Virus record (IMG/VR): IMGVR_UViG_3300021197_001482
DNA length: 64,000 bases
Direction: 5' to 3' (one strand)
From: an uncultured virus (IMG/VR IMGVR_UViG_3300021197_001482)
Taxonomy: Duplodnaviria; Heunggongvirae; Uroviricota; Caudoviricetes
Shown here: piece by piece, positions 28,884 to 38,304 of the stretch
Position numbering within the stretch: position 1 is the stretch's first letter
Layout of the letters: each line of letters begins with the position of its first letter
Translations under genes and position numbers: made by a program
Notes under the pieces: model-generated
What the model saw: the letters and a program-made list of their open reading frames with translations, nothing else
The model's database searches: none
What the model was told of the DNA's origin: nothing

Positions 28884-29822
28884 ATGGTAAATTGGAATGA
28901 GCAAATCCGCCCTACATCATGGCAAGAGATTGCCGGTAATGTAGAGTTTATTACAGATTTCAAGGCTTGGGCTGAAACGGACTCATACCCGTCAGCACTC
29001 CTACTGGTCGGCCCATCGGGAACTGGTAAAACAAGTGCGGCTAATGCGATTACACATACCATGCTCGGTCAGTGGAACAACGACATGAATGTTCTGTGGA
29101 TGAATGCAAGTGACGATAGAGGCATTGATTTCATCCGTAAGGAGATTAAGCACTTCGCCCGCCTTAGCGGTGTAGGAGTGCAAAGAAAGGTCGTTGTTTG
29201 CGATGAGGCTTGCGGGCTGACCCCTGCTTCACAGGATGCTCTACGGGGTATCATGGAGAAGTACGCTGACCGAGTACTGTTCGTTCTCACCGCTAATTAT
29301 CCCGACAAAATTAGACCGGCTATCAAGAGCCGTTGTCAAATGTACACCTTCAAGCCGGTGACTCCTAAGCAGGGTGCGAAGCACCTCGCTCGCCTTGAGT
29401 CATGTGGCGCACCCTCCGAGTGGAGTGAATACTATGAGCGAGTTGTCGAAGTAAAGAACGGCGACCTTCGTTCAGCAGTGAACTACTTAGAGAGCCTACC
29501 CAAAACACCGGATGCTCTTTCCCATCTCGATGCAATAGATGATGACGATGATTGGATGAATGACTTCATCGCTAATGATTGGCTCGTACTACGAGAGAAA
29601 CTTTTAGATTCCTTAAATACACTTGGCAGTAGATTTGCCATGATGAATCAATTCCACCGGACTGTCAAAGGACACTTCGATACTAAGCCCGATACGGTCT
29701 TTGCTATACTCTATGTATGGGGAGACATGATGGAGAAGGTAAACGAGTGGCCCGGAAACGACAACACCTATGTTGATGTACTGGTGGCGAGATTAAAAAA
29801 ACAAAATGAGTTGATAAAATGA
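28884..29822 (+). CDS. rfcS: Replication factor C small subunit (clamp loader)
   Basis: WNEQIRP, GPSGTGKT, MNASDDRGIDFIR, CDEAC, ALRGIME, SRC, GDLR. Confidence 0.92.
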   Translation: MVNWNEQIRPTSWQEIAGNVEFITDFKAWAETDSYPSALLLVGPSGTGKTSAANAITHTMLGQWNNDMNVLWMNASDDRGIDFIRKEIKHFARLSGVGVQRKVVVCDEACGLTPASQDALRGIMEKYADRVLFVLTANYPDKIRPAIKSRCQMYTFKPVTPKQGAKHLARLESCGAPSEWSEYYERVVEVKNGDLRSAVNYLESLPKTPDALSHLDAIDDDDDWMNDFIANDWLVLREKLLDSLNTLGSRFAMMNQFHRTVKGHFDTKPDTVFAILYVWGDMMEKVNEWPGNDNTYVDVLVARLKKQNELIK

Positions 29823-31105
29823 GTTGGACAGAACAAGACGAATATACGGATAAAGACGAAGCAACAACTTCGCTTGCACTACCTCAAGGGGTAGCACAGC
29901 GCATCGTTGCTTACGCAGAAAGAACGAACAAGAAGGCTGATGAGGTCAAGCAAGACTATCTCAACTACATCAAAGAAGAGTGGGGTTGCGACAACCCTGC
30001 CGAAGAAGACGATGACCTGTTGATAGACTGGGCTGAACAAGCCTTCGTACAGACTCGCAAGAAGACTGGTGGTAGCAATACAAACACTTGGGTCGGTTGT
30101 TTCCTTGGCGTTGCAGACAGAAAGAAAGACAGGTTACAGAACATCGTTAAGTCGAATGTTGCACTCTTCAACAAAGACCCTGCCGAAGCAATTGGCTTGG
30201 GCCGTGTCGGTGTCTTTGAGAAAGACGGTGATGTGTGGGCTATTCGTAACAAGGATGGGCTTACACCATTGACAAACCCTTCAAGCGAAGACCCACCATT
30301 CGGTATCAAGACTGGCGATGATTGGGTATGTCTTCTTACTCGTAAGGGGCTACCATCATCTCCTGTTCGTATGGGTCGCTATGCATACTTCCTTGGCGGT
30401 GAAGAAGGTGACTTCGTGAACAACAATGCCGTTTCACTGTGGAAAGTTGACTTGACAAATGAGAATGCTGACATGAATCTCGACATTGGGCGACCGTGTA
30501 AAATCTCGGTCGTGCCACCTCGTGACACATCGAATGAATACTTTAAGACCGTTCTTGGTACATACGATGACTTCTCACCGAACTACACTGATGAGTTCCT
30601 ACCCGAACAGTTCCGGTCACTCTTGAAGCCGACCAATTATTGGACAATGGCCGACCATGAACTCTTCACTCCTATAGACCACTTAGAAGAAGCGTTTGAG
30701 TCAAGAAAGGAACGCACCGAGATTGGTGGCCGTCAAGTTACTTACGGCCCACTCATCATTACAAAGGGTACAATCAACAGCATGAACACTGAACCTCGTG
30801 ACAGCGAGTATGACCCCGAAGGATTCAACTACAACATGACACTTTCAAGCACCATTACTGGTGACATTGATTGTTGGATTGCTGGTGCTGTCGGCGTGAT
30901 GTGTGACCCGTTCACGAGTGGTTGGGGCGAAGAAGCCTTTGACTACGCTGAAAAGTCCACTGTATTCGTCTTTGGTCGTGTCGGTATGAAAGACCGTGAT
31001 GGACTCATCTCTCCTAAAATTAGCGTCATGGGTATCTATGGCGACCCACGCCGTTGCCGAAAGCGAGCGACTGGTGGTAATACAGGAGTTGGACAATTTG
31101 AGTAA
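29819..31105 (+). CDS. Replication-associated protein, possibly RPA/OB-fold ssDNA-binding
   Basis: Position within the replication operon; beta-rich C-terminus (VFVFGRVGMK...ISVMGIY). Confidence 0.4.
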   Translation: MSWTEQDEYTDKDEATTSLALPQGVAQRIVAYAERTNKKADEVKQDYLNYIKEEWGCDNPAEEDDDLLIDWAEQAFVQTRKKTGGSNTNTWVGCFLGVADRKKDRLQNIVKSNVALFNKDPAEAIGLGRVGVFEKDGDVWAIRNKDGLTPLTNPSSEDPPFGIKTGDDWVCLLTRKGLPSSPVRMGRYAYFLGGEEGDFVNNNAVSLWKVDLTNENADMNLDIGRPCKISVVPPRDTSNEYFKTVLGTYDDFSPNYTDEFLPEQFRSLLKPTNYWTMADHELFTPIDHLEEAFESRKERTEIGGRQVTYGPLIITKGTINSMNTEPRDSEYDPEGFNYNMTLSSTITGDIDCWIAGAVGVMCDPFTSGWGEEAFDYAEKSTVFVFGRVGMKDRDGLISPKISVMGIYGDPRRCRKRATGGNTGVGQFE

Positions 31106-31243
31106 AGTACCAACCGATGTAATTATCGAAGGCGAGGCATGGAGTATTAGATTTGATGAGACAAACAAAAGAATTGTCAAATCCCCGAATGGGGATGAGT
31201 ATATTGAAATGGATGCAGTAGTAATGAAAAAGGTGGAATAATT

Positions 31244-32200
31244 ATGGCAGGATTTGGACAAACAGCAGAAGCACAGAAGAAAATTAAGGTTGAAGTAAGC
31301 GAGCCGGTAGAGGTTAAGAAGCCTCTCTCCGGCGACCCCTTCGCTGAAATGCGAGCCGAAGACAACGCTCGTACATACATGATGAAGACACATCAGTTCA
31401 TCGGTATCATGGGACATGACGGCACATGTAAGTCGGCTATCGTTCTCGATGCCTTTGAGAAGGATGAATCGAAACCCGAAGACTCAACACTTCAAGTGAT
31501 TGACTTTGACGGTGGCGGTGGTATGCTTAACTCATCTATCTACAAGAATGAAAACATTCGCTCATGGAATCCGTGGCAGATGGGGCATGACCGTACAGCA
31601 CACGATTACCCTGCTACACACGACCGTATCATGAAAATCATGCGATACCTCATCAATGAAGCCGAAGCCGGTAAGCCGGTTTGGGGTGTACTGTTGAGTG
31701 GTATTGATTCATGGCTTGAGATATGCAACCATAACATGCGTATCGTTGACTTGGGTATGGCGAAAGACGCTATCCAATCAGCGGATTACAGCGGTGGTGG
31801 CATGGAGAAAATCAAGTCGCAGACAGCATGGGGTATGCGTAACGCTCGCTTCCACCAACTTACTCGATTGAGCCGTGACCTTGTTCGACTCGGTGTGCGT
31901 GTCTTTTGGGAAACACACATGACAATCGCCAACTTCTCTTACAAGAGTGGGCCGGTTGATGAGTGGAAACCTGCGTGGGAAAAGAAAATGAACGGCTACT
32001 TGCCAACCATTATTCACATGCAAGAGACACAGGAACACAACGATGAAGGTGAATTAGAAAAGACAGTCTTTACAGCGTCGTACACTAAGTGTAAGACCAA
32101 TCCAAACCTCGTGAATCAGTCTCGGACTGTCTTCGTGACACGACCCGATGGCGATTACACATGGAATGGACTACCGGACTTGTATGACGGTACACTATGA
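31244..32200 (+). CDS. P-loop ATPase, RecA/Sak4-like recombination protein
   Basis: Walker A variant GHDGTCKS, IDFDGG, LLSGIDSW, WETH. Confidence 0.6.
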   Translation: MAGFGQTAEAQKKIKVEVSEPVEVKKPLSGDPFAEMRAEDNARTYMMKTHQFIGIMGHDGTCKSAIVLDAFEKDESKPEDSTLQVIDFDGGGGMLNSSIYKNENIRSWNPWQMGHDRTAHDYPATHDRIMKIMRYLINEAEAGKPVWGVLLSGIDSWLEICNHNMRIVDLGMAKDAIQSADYSGGGMEKIKSQTAWGMRNARFHQLTRLSRDLVRLGVRVFWETHMTIANFSYKSGPVDEWKPAWEKKMNGYLPTIIHMQETQEHNDEGELEKTVFTASYTKCKTNPNLVNQSRTVFVTRPDGDYTWNGLPDLYDGTL

Positions 32201-32208
32201 GACTCCAA

Positions 32209-32318
32209 GTGAGGTAGGTTTGTCAAGTAATAAGGAGTAAGGTTTTCACAATCGAATGGGCTTCGGTTGCCACTGATAGGGGGTTTGGTTTTGTTGCCCC
32301 TTCTCCTTTCCTACTTAC
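32209..32318 (+). ncRNA. Candidate structured RNA / cis-regulatory leader upstream of PCNA-PolB
   Basis: Nested complementary segments and a UUCG loop (see findings). Confidence 0.4.
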
Positions 32319-32334
32319 ACTATGAGGTGATATT

Positions 32335-33087
32335 ATGACTAAAATTACAGTGAATAAAAGCGAGTTCCTCTCGTTCCTTTCTGTCTTCACGAAAGGTGTA
32401 CCCGACCTACGGTTGGATTGCGCCGGTTCTCGTGTAACGGTTGAGGTTGCTTACGCATCATTTTACTTGCGAAAGTATTTCTTTTCCGTACAGGTAATAG
32501 AAGAAGGGGCTATCCACATCGCTGACCTTGAGAAAGCACTCAAGTTCATGAAAGCGACAAAGGAGGAAAATGTAATACTGCGGCAAGTTGACACACACAA
32601 ACCGTTACACATCGAAGCAGGTGGTAACAAGTTGCAACTACCGAGTACGAATGATATTGAATCAGCAATCAAGGCTGTTGTAATTCGTTCACTGTTAAAG
32701 AAGTGTCAAGAAGGTGGGTGGGCTAAGTTTGGTAAATCCAACTTGTCCACCCACTCATCACTGATGACAAAGGATTTGATTTCGTTTGCCAACATGCGTG
32801 GCATACTGGCGAAGGACACGGACTTCAAGTTGCGTATTCACTGCGGTGAAGAAGAGGTAGGCATTGTAGCAGGTAAGGCGGCAAGTGGTCGTTTGTTTAC
32901 CACACTCCCTGTATGGGACACTGATGGCCCTGCTACTACCGTTGACTCGATGTTCTCCGATGCCCTACCTACCTGCCTCAACTATCTCGATGATGGTGAG
33001 GCTCGTATGCACATGGGTAGAGGAACGATAGTAATTTTTGAACAAGTAACCACGCTTCTCATGGTCGTTGATGTAGGTGATGACTGA
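32335..33087 (+). CDS. Divergent PCNA-like sliding clamp
   Basis: 250 aa, in the same operon as RFC and directly upstream of PolB; alpha/beta pattern compatible with a clamp fold. Confidence 0.5.
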   Translation: MTKITVNKSEFLSFLSVFTKGVPDLRLDCAGSRVTVEVAYASFYLRKYFFSVQVIEEGAIHIADLEKALKFMKATKEENVILRQVDTHKPLHIEAGGNKLQLPSTNDIESAIKAVVIRSLLKKCQEGGWAKFGKSNLSTHSSLMTKDLISFANMRGILAKDTDFKLRIHCGEEEVGIVAGKAASGRLFTTLPVWDTDGPATTVDSMFSDALPTCLNYLDDGEARMHMGRGTIVIFEQVTTLLMVVDVGDD

Positions 33088-35480
33088 TGATTATTGATTG
33101 GTTCACTGATGACCCGTATGACCCACCTACTATCTACGAGCGTACTCGTGGGGCTGATGGGGTATTGCATGAGCGATACATCATGAAGGGCGACGATGAT
33201 TATGTTGAGCCTTTCTTTTGGGTAGCCGAAGAAGCACCTCAATATGTAATGAATCGTATTAGAGGACACAGGGGGACTATTCATCCGAACATCAAAGCGA
33301 CCGGACTCGATGGTAAAACAATAGTGAAAGTAACTGTACAGCACCCTAATACTCTATGGGAACTCAAAGAGAAGTGCGGTGTATGGACATATGAGGCTGA
33401 CCTCAACTACCTCGACCAAATACTACTCACCAACTATCCCGATAAGTTACCGGAGTTCAAACCTCGGATATGGTACTTCGACCTTGAGTGGGACACCGAA
33501 GACCAAACAACAACGGTAATGGCTGTGTCCGATACATTCAGCGACCACCCTGTAGTGTTCGCTTGGAGTGAGGAATCTATTCGTGACACGGTACGGAAGA
33601 CCGAGTGGATAGACCGCTATGAGGGTTATGAGTTGCGTACCTATCCGAATGCACATGACATGCATGATGGTTTCCTGTCTTACCTTGAAGAGTGCAACCC
33701 CGACATGTTGGTGGCTCACGCTATTGCTTGGGCTGACTTACCACATCTCTACAGTCAACTGGGTGTAGAGCGTGAGCGTCTGTCTCCTGTCCGTAGAGTG
33801 ATTGCACCGAACAAGAAGACGGGCGCATACCGCACCACTGCTCAACCTATCAAGGGGCGACTCATATTCGATACTGCGGCGCAGTGGACTGACGGTAGTG
33901 GCTTTGAGGGTATATGGCAGAAGTCCGGTAAGGGTCAAGCACAGTCTCGCAAGTTGGATTGGTTCGCTACTGAACTTGGTTTCAGTGGTAAATTAACAAA
34001 CGCCATCGAAGGTATGACCGTCTTCAATGGATGGAGAGAATACTATGACGATTTCGTTGACTATTGTTTGGTTGACACTACATTACTGCGTGACTGTGAT
34101 GAGAAGTTGAATTGTATATCCTATCACATAGCCATGCAACAATTGGCGGGTGTCTCATTCGGTAGCACACATAAGGTCACTCGATATTTCCGAGGGTTGA
34201 TTGGTCGGCGCACTGACCTCAAAGCACCCTCTTCTTACATTCAAGAACGCCCCGAACTACAGGCGGCGTGGGTTATGCCTCCGGTAGCAGGGCGACATGA
34301 AAATGTGGCACTGGTTGACTTCGCATCACTCTATCCAAACATCATACTCTCCGCCAACCTGTGTTGGACTACGATTGCAGACGGGCCGGGGGAGAATATT
34401 CTCACACTGAAAGTTCCTCCTAAGTATGATGACAAGGGTAACATGATACCCCTCACAGGTGGTACATTCCACTGGCATCAAGACAAAGAAGGCATACTAC
34501 CTTCTGTCGTCAAACAGATGCTCGCTCTCCGTAAGGAGTACAAACGCCTCATGCGTGAGACTGATGACGCTGATATACGCCTTGGTTACAACATGCTACA
34601 GATGGCGGTCAAGGTTGCTGTCAATGCCATATACGGTATGACTGGTACTAAGAAAATTGGTGGACAATGGAGTAGTTACCCAATTGCACAGTGTATCACT
34701 TATCTCGGTAGAGAGTCTATCAGTATGCTCGTTAAGAAGAGTGAAGAGATGGGCTACCGAGGGCTTGCAGGACACACTGATTCATGTTACATTCAAGTTC
34801 CATTTGATGAAGCCGAAGAAGTTGCAGGTGAGTTGACTCGCATTGCTCAAGAAGAAATGGATTTGAAGTATCTCGATGTAGAACTTGAAGCCTTTTTCCC
34901 TTACTGGTTCACTGCCGGTATCAAGAATCGAAACTTCGGTATCAAGTCATACCCTCCCGAAGACGAGGGTGACATGAAGGTGACGGGCTTTGCTATGAAG
35001 GCGGCTAATGCACCACCGTTGAGTAAGCGTGTACAGCGTGAGGCTTTCACACTCATATGCAATGGGGCTGATGAAGGTGATTTGTTTGATAACATCCGAC
35101 CAATGGTGAAGGCTGTCTATGGTGGTGGCGCACTGGATGATGTATCAGCATACGGGCGCATTCAAAAGCACTTAGATGATTACAACCCATCGCACACACC
35201 GAACACAGCGAAGGCGGCGCAATACTCAAACAAATACAATAACACTGATTTTAATAAAGGTGATAGCGTTAAGTGGGTATTCATAAACGGTGTACCGGAG
35301 GGTCAACCTCAAACCAATGTGATAGCATACGATGAAGTAAGTGAACTGGATGAGTATGATATTGATTGGACTACATGCGTTGACAAATGGATAGCAAAAA
35401 AACTCAAGGTCGTGTATGAAACACTCGACTGGGACTTAGAACGACTCACTGCGAAGCGGGTCTTAAAACAATACTGGTGA
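33087..35480 (+). CDS. polB: Family B DNA polymerase
   Basis: ExoI YFDLEWD, ExoIII YCLVD, DFASLYPNII, KVAVNAIYG, GHTDS; C-terminal PIP-like KRVLKQYW. Confidence 0.95.
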   Translation: MIIDWFTDDPYDPPTIYERTRGADGVLHERYIMKGDDDYVEPFFWVAEEAPQYVMNRIRGHRGTIHPNIKATGLDGKTIVKVTVQHPNTLWELKEKCGVWTYEADLNYLDQILLTNYPDKLPEFKPRIWYFDLEWDTEDQTTTVMAVSDTFSDHPVVFAWSEESIRDTVRKTEWIDRYEGYELRTYPNAHDMHDGFLSYLEECNPDMLVAHAIAWADLPHLYSQLGVERERLSPVRRVIAPNKKTGAYRTTAQPIKGRLIFDTAAQWTDGSGFEGIWQKSGKGQAQSRKLDWFATELGFSGKLTNAIEGMTVFNGWREYYDDFVDYCLVDTTLLRDCDEKLNCISYHIAMQQLAGVSFGSTHKVTRYFRGLIGRRTDLKAPSSYIQERPELQAAWVMPPVAGRHENVALVDFASLYPNIILSANLCWTTIADGPGENILTLKVPPKYDDKGNMIPLTGGTFHWHQDKEGILPSVVKQMLALRKEYKRLMRETDDADIRLGYNMLQMAVKVAVNAIYGMTGTKKIGGQWSSYPIAQCITYLGRESISMLVKKSEEMGYRGLAGHTDSCYIQVPFDEAEEVAGELTRIAQEEMDLKYLDVELEAFFPYWFTAGIKNRNFGIKSYPPEDEGDMKVTGFAMKAANAPPLSKRVQREAFTLICNGADEGDLFDNIRPMVKAVYGGGALDDVSAYGRIQKHLDDYNPSHTPNTAKAAQYSNKYNNTDFNKGDSVKWVFINGVPEGQPQTNVIAYDEVSELDEYDIDWTTCVDKWIAKKLKVVYETLDWDLERLTAKRVLKQYW

Positions 35481-35484
35481 TAAT

Positions 35485-35922
35485 ATGAAATGTAAATACT
35501 GTAATGCAAAATTAACTGCGAAGAAAAGCGTCAAACGAGGTGTCGGGCCGGAATGTATCAATAAGTATGCCCCGCTTGCGGCATGTCAACACTGCGTAGA
35601 AGAAGAACTGGACTTGGTGAAACAAGAAGGTGGAAAAATAAACTGGGATAATGTAACCAAAAGGACTGTCTTTGAAGACTGGAAAACTTACAGAAACACC
35701 GGCTCTCCGGGTTGCACGAAAAAGTTCGTAGATAACGAAAAGAACCGAGAACACGGCTTAGTCGGTAAGACGCACCAAACACACAACGACTGGGGTAATT
35801 ACGAAGACTACACCGGTTGTACAGGATGTGGCGGTCATTCGGATTATGTTACTTGGGATGACCTATGGACAGACGGAGAGGATTGCGCCTCTTGTATCAA
35901 ATGTAGAGGTGAAGAAGAATGA
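35485..35922 (+). CDS. DUF6011-like Zn-binding protein
   Basis: CKYCNAKLT...SVKRGVGPEC. Confidence 0.6.
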   Translation: MKCKYCNAKLTAKKSVKRGVGPECINKYAPLAACQHCVEEELDLVKQEGGKINWDNVTKRTVFEDWKTYRNTGSPGCTKKFVDNEKNREHGLVGKTHQTHNDWGNYEDYTGCTGCGGHSDYVTWDDLWTDGEDCASCIKCRGEEE

Positions 35923-36453
35923 GAAGAACAAGTCAGCGGGCGAATCATACATGCTACTCTTGCGAAAATCATATTGATGTATATTTAGACGAGGCATTAA
36001 GTAGGCATAGTTCACATTGCTTTGAGTGCGCTGTTGCGAACATGACATGGCAAGAATCTCATGATTATTACTTCACTAAAATGGGTAATATAAAATTGAT
36101 TTCATATTATCTCAACGCAAAGAGAATTGCCGAAGAAGCCGCATGGATTAGGTTTTGCGAAAGTAAAGGACATAAAATAATACCCGATTATGTTGAGCGC
36201 ACTGCTGAAGAACTCGATGAAAATTGGTTTCCCGAATTACATGAAGTCGCAGGGGTGGGTGCATGACAGAAAGTATAGATTATGATTTAGGATATTTTGA
36301 GGCCATGCGGAACGCCGTAGTAGCGGCGATACAGTACCACATGAACGGGATGGAAATAGGAGACATTATCAAGCACTTGGCTCAACTCCGAGATGAAGCC
36401 CGTATTCTATATGATGAATCAAACAAACTTGAAGAAGAAGAGGATGATTGGTG

Positions 36454-36975
36454 ATGAGTAGAATAGAAGACGAAGTATGCAAGAAAATTGCACAGCGAGC
36501 AGAAGTAGGCAAGAGCAAGTACGGGGTTACAATGGAAACCTCGCCTATCTCCCGTCTTGAATGGCTCATCCATGCTCAAGAAGAAGCGATGGACTTGGCT
36601 GTGTACTTGCAGAAGTTAATTGAGATGGAAAGGGAACAACTAAAGTTTCATTCCTATAGTATTGAAAGCGCAGAAAGTGTATATAGTGACGGAACTAAGC
36701 GGAGGGAATGGACTCATGAGGATAGACAAGAATTGATTCGTTTATACGAAGAAGGAATATCAAGAAATGAGATAGCAAAAATAATGTGTAGGCCGATTTC
36801 TACAGTAAATGTGTTTTGTACGAGATACAAACAAACAGGTAAACTTGAAGGTAGTGAGATACAATGCACTGTACCGTTAAATAGCGGGCCAAGAAAAGGT
36901 CAACCTTGCGGGCGAAATGTTGAACATGGTACACACACTTGTCAACAACATAAAAATTGGAGAGTGAAAGAATGA
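36454..36975 (+). CDS. MazG-like NTP pyrophosphatase-type domain fused to an HTH and a CCCH Zn finger
   Basis: GKSKYGVTM...WLIHAQEEAMDLAVYL; WTHEDRQELIRL...EIAKIM; C..PLNSGPRKGQPC...CQQH. Confidence 0.5.
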   Translation: MSRIEDEVCKKIAQRAEVGKSKYGVTMETSPISRLEWLIHAQEEAMDLAVYLQKLIEMEREQLKFHSYSIESAESVYSDGTKRREWTHEDRQELIRLYEEGISRNEIAKIMCRPISTVNVFCTRYKQTGKLEGSEIQCTVPLNSGPRKGQPCGRNVEHGTHTCQQHKNWRVKE

Positions 36976-37991
36976 GATGGAATCCTACTGGTGATGATAG
37001 TCGCCCACGCATTGATGATTACCTTGAGGCTACCGGCAACCAATTGGAGGCTGACTCGTACAAGAGTAGTACCTACGCTTGGAATCCGAATGAGGATGAC
37101 TCTACTATACTACGAGTTACCAAGTCAAGTTACGGTACATTCGGTTGGTGTCCACAGCAATACTACATTGAGAAGTTCTTAGGTATGCGTGGAGAAACAG
37201 TAGACCACCACATACGGGGGCTAAATGTTCACGACATGATGGAGTGGTTTTGGGGTAACTTCACCGACGAACAAGAAAAATCAGTGTTAAAGTTAATTGA
37301 TGAAGGTGATTTACTTGAGGCTGAAAAGTTGTTCAACAGTGCTATACCATCCCCTCCCGAACCATATGAGTTCGGTGAGGATGAACAAATAGCACAGTGG
37401 GTGAAATGGCAATTCAACCGCTTGGTTATCACCAACGGCAATCAGTGGCGACCTGTCGCTATTGAAGCAAACATACAGGCCACACGCTTCGTTGAAGTAG
37501 ATGGCGTACACATTCCTATTCACATGAACGGTTTCATAGATGGACTGTTCGCTGATGATGACGGCTTCGCTCTCATGGAGTTGAAGACTGGTAAGTACAA
37601 CAAGAGCAAACCCGGCTCTATGCGTAAAGAAATGCAGTTTTACAAAATGATGCTTGAACACAGCCCCCATCACGAGTTCCTCCCTATCACCCATTGGGGA
37701 TGGGAGTTCCCCGGCGGTGGTATTAACGGCGGTGACGGCCCTACAGTATTCTATGAAGACACCAAGAAAGGTGGTAAGTACTCATCTAAGAGTATAGAGA
37801 AAGGATTGGTGCGCCTACTTGAAGCACACATAAACATGGAGTTTCCACCCACACCGTACTTGGGTAGGCTGGTAGAAGGTTTACCTTTAGAGGAACAAAA
37901 ACTGAAATGCAACTGGTGTAGTTACAAAGCCCATTGCGAGTTTTGGGATATGGACACATATTTGGATAATACAAATGAAGAAAAAAAATAA
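36972..37991 (+). CDS. Cas4-like PD-(D/E)XK exonuclease
   Basis: WCPQQY, GLNVH, GFID, ELKTGK, QFY, C-terminal CNWCSYKAHC Fe-S ligands. Confidence 0.85.
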   Translation: MRWNPTGDDSRPRIDDYLEATGNQLEADSYKSSTYAWNPNEDDSTILRVTKSSYGTFGWCPQQYYIEKFLGMRGETVDHHIRGLNVHDMMEWFWGNFTDEQEKSVLKLIDEGDLLEAEKLFNSAIPSPPEPYEFGEDEQIAQWVKWQFNRLVITNGNQWRPVAIEANIQATRFVEVDGVHIPIHMNGFIDGLFADDDGFALMELKTGKYNKSKPGSMRKEMQFYKMMLEHSPHHEFLPITHWGWEFPGGGINGGDGPTVFYEDTKKGGKYSSKSIEKGLVRLLEAHINMEFPPTPYLGRLVEGLPLEEQKLKCNWCSYKAHCEFWDMDTYLDNTNEEKK

Positions 37992-38300
37992 ATGAGGATG
38001 AAAAGAATGATTGAAATAATAATGTTAATAGAAAGAATGATGAACGAAAAAGTAGGTAGTTTCAACTATGTGGTGAAAGTACAAAAGTCAACTGGTGCAG
38101 GTCGTAAGAAGTACTTGCGTGATGTTGTACGGCAGACAACTCTTGATGAGTTCGCTGATATAGATGGTGAGGCTCAATACAGACACCCTAAGACGATTAC
38201 TTACACTGTACACCCGTCACACATGCGAGCCGATAATCTCAACGACTTGATAGACGATTTGGTGAAAGACCTCGACATTTATCTACACGAGCATCGGTGA
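37992..38300 (+). CDS. Small protein with a PCNA-interacting (PIP) motif
   Basis: RQTTLDEF. Confidence 0.55.
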   Translation: MRMKRMIEIIMLIERMMNEKVGSFNYVVKVQKSTGAGRKKYLRDVVRQTTLDEFADIDGEAQYRHPKTITYTVHPSHMRADNLNDLIDDLVKDLDIYLHEHR

Positions 38301-38304
38301 TACA

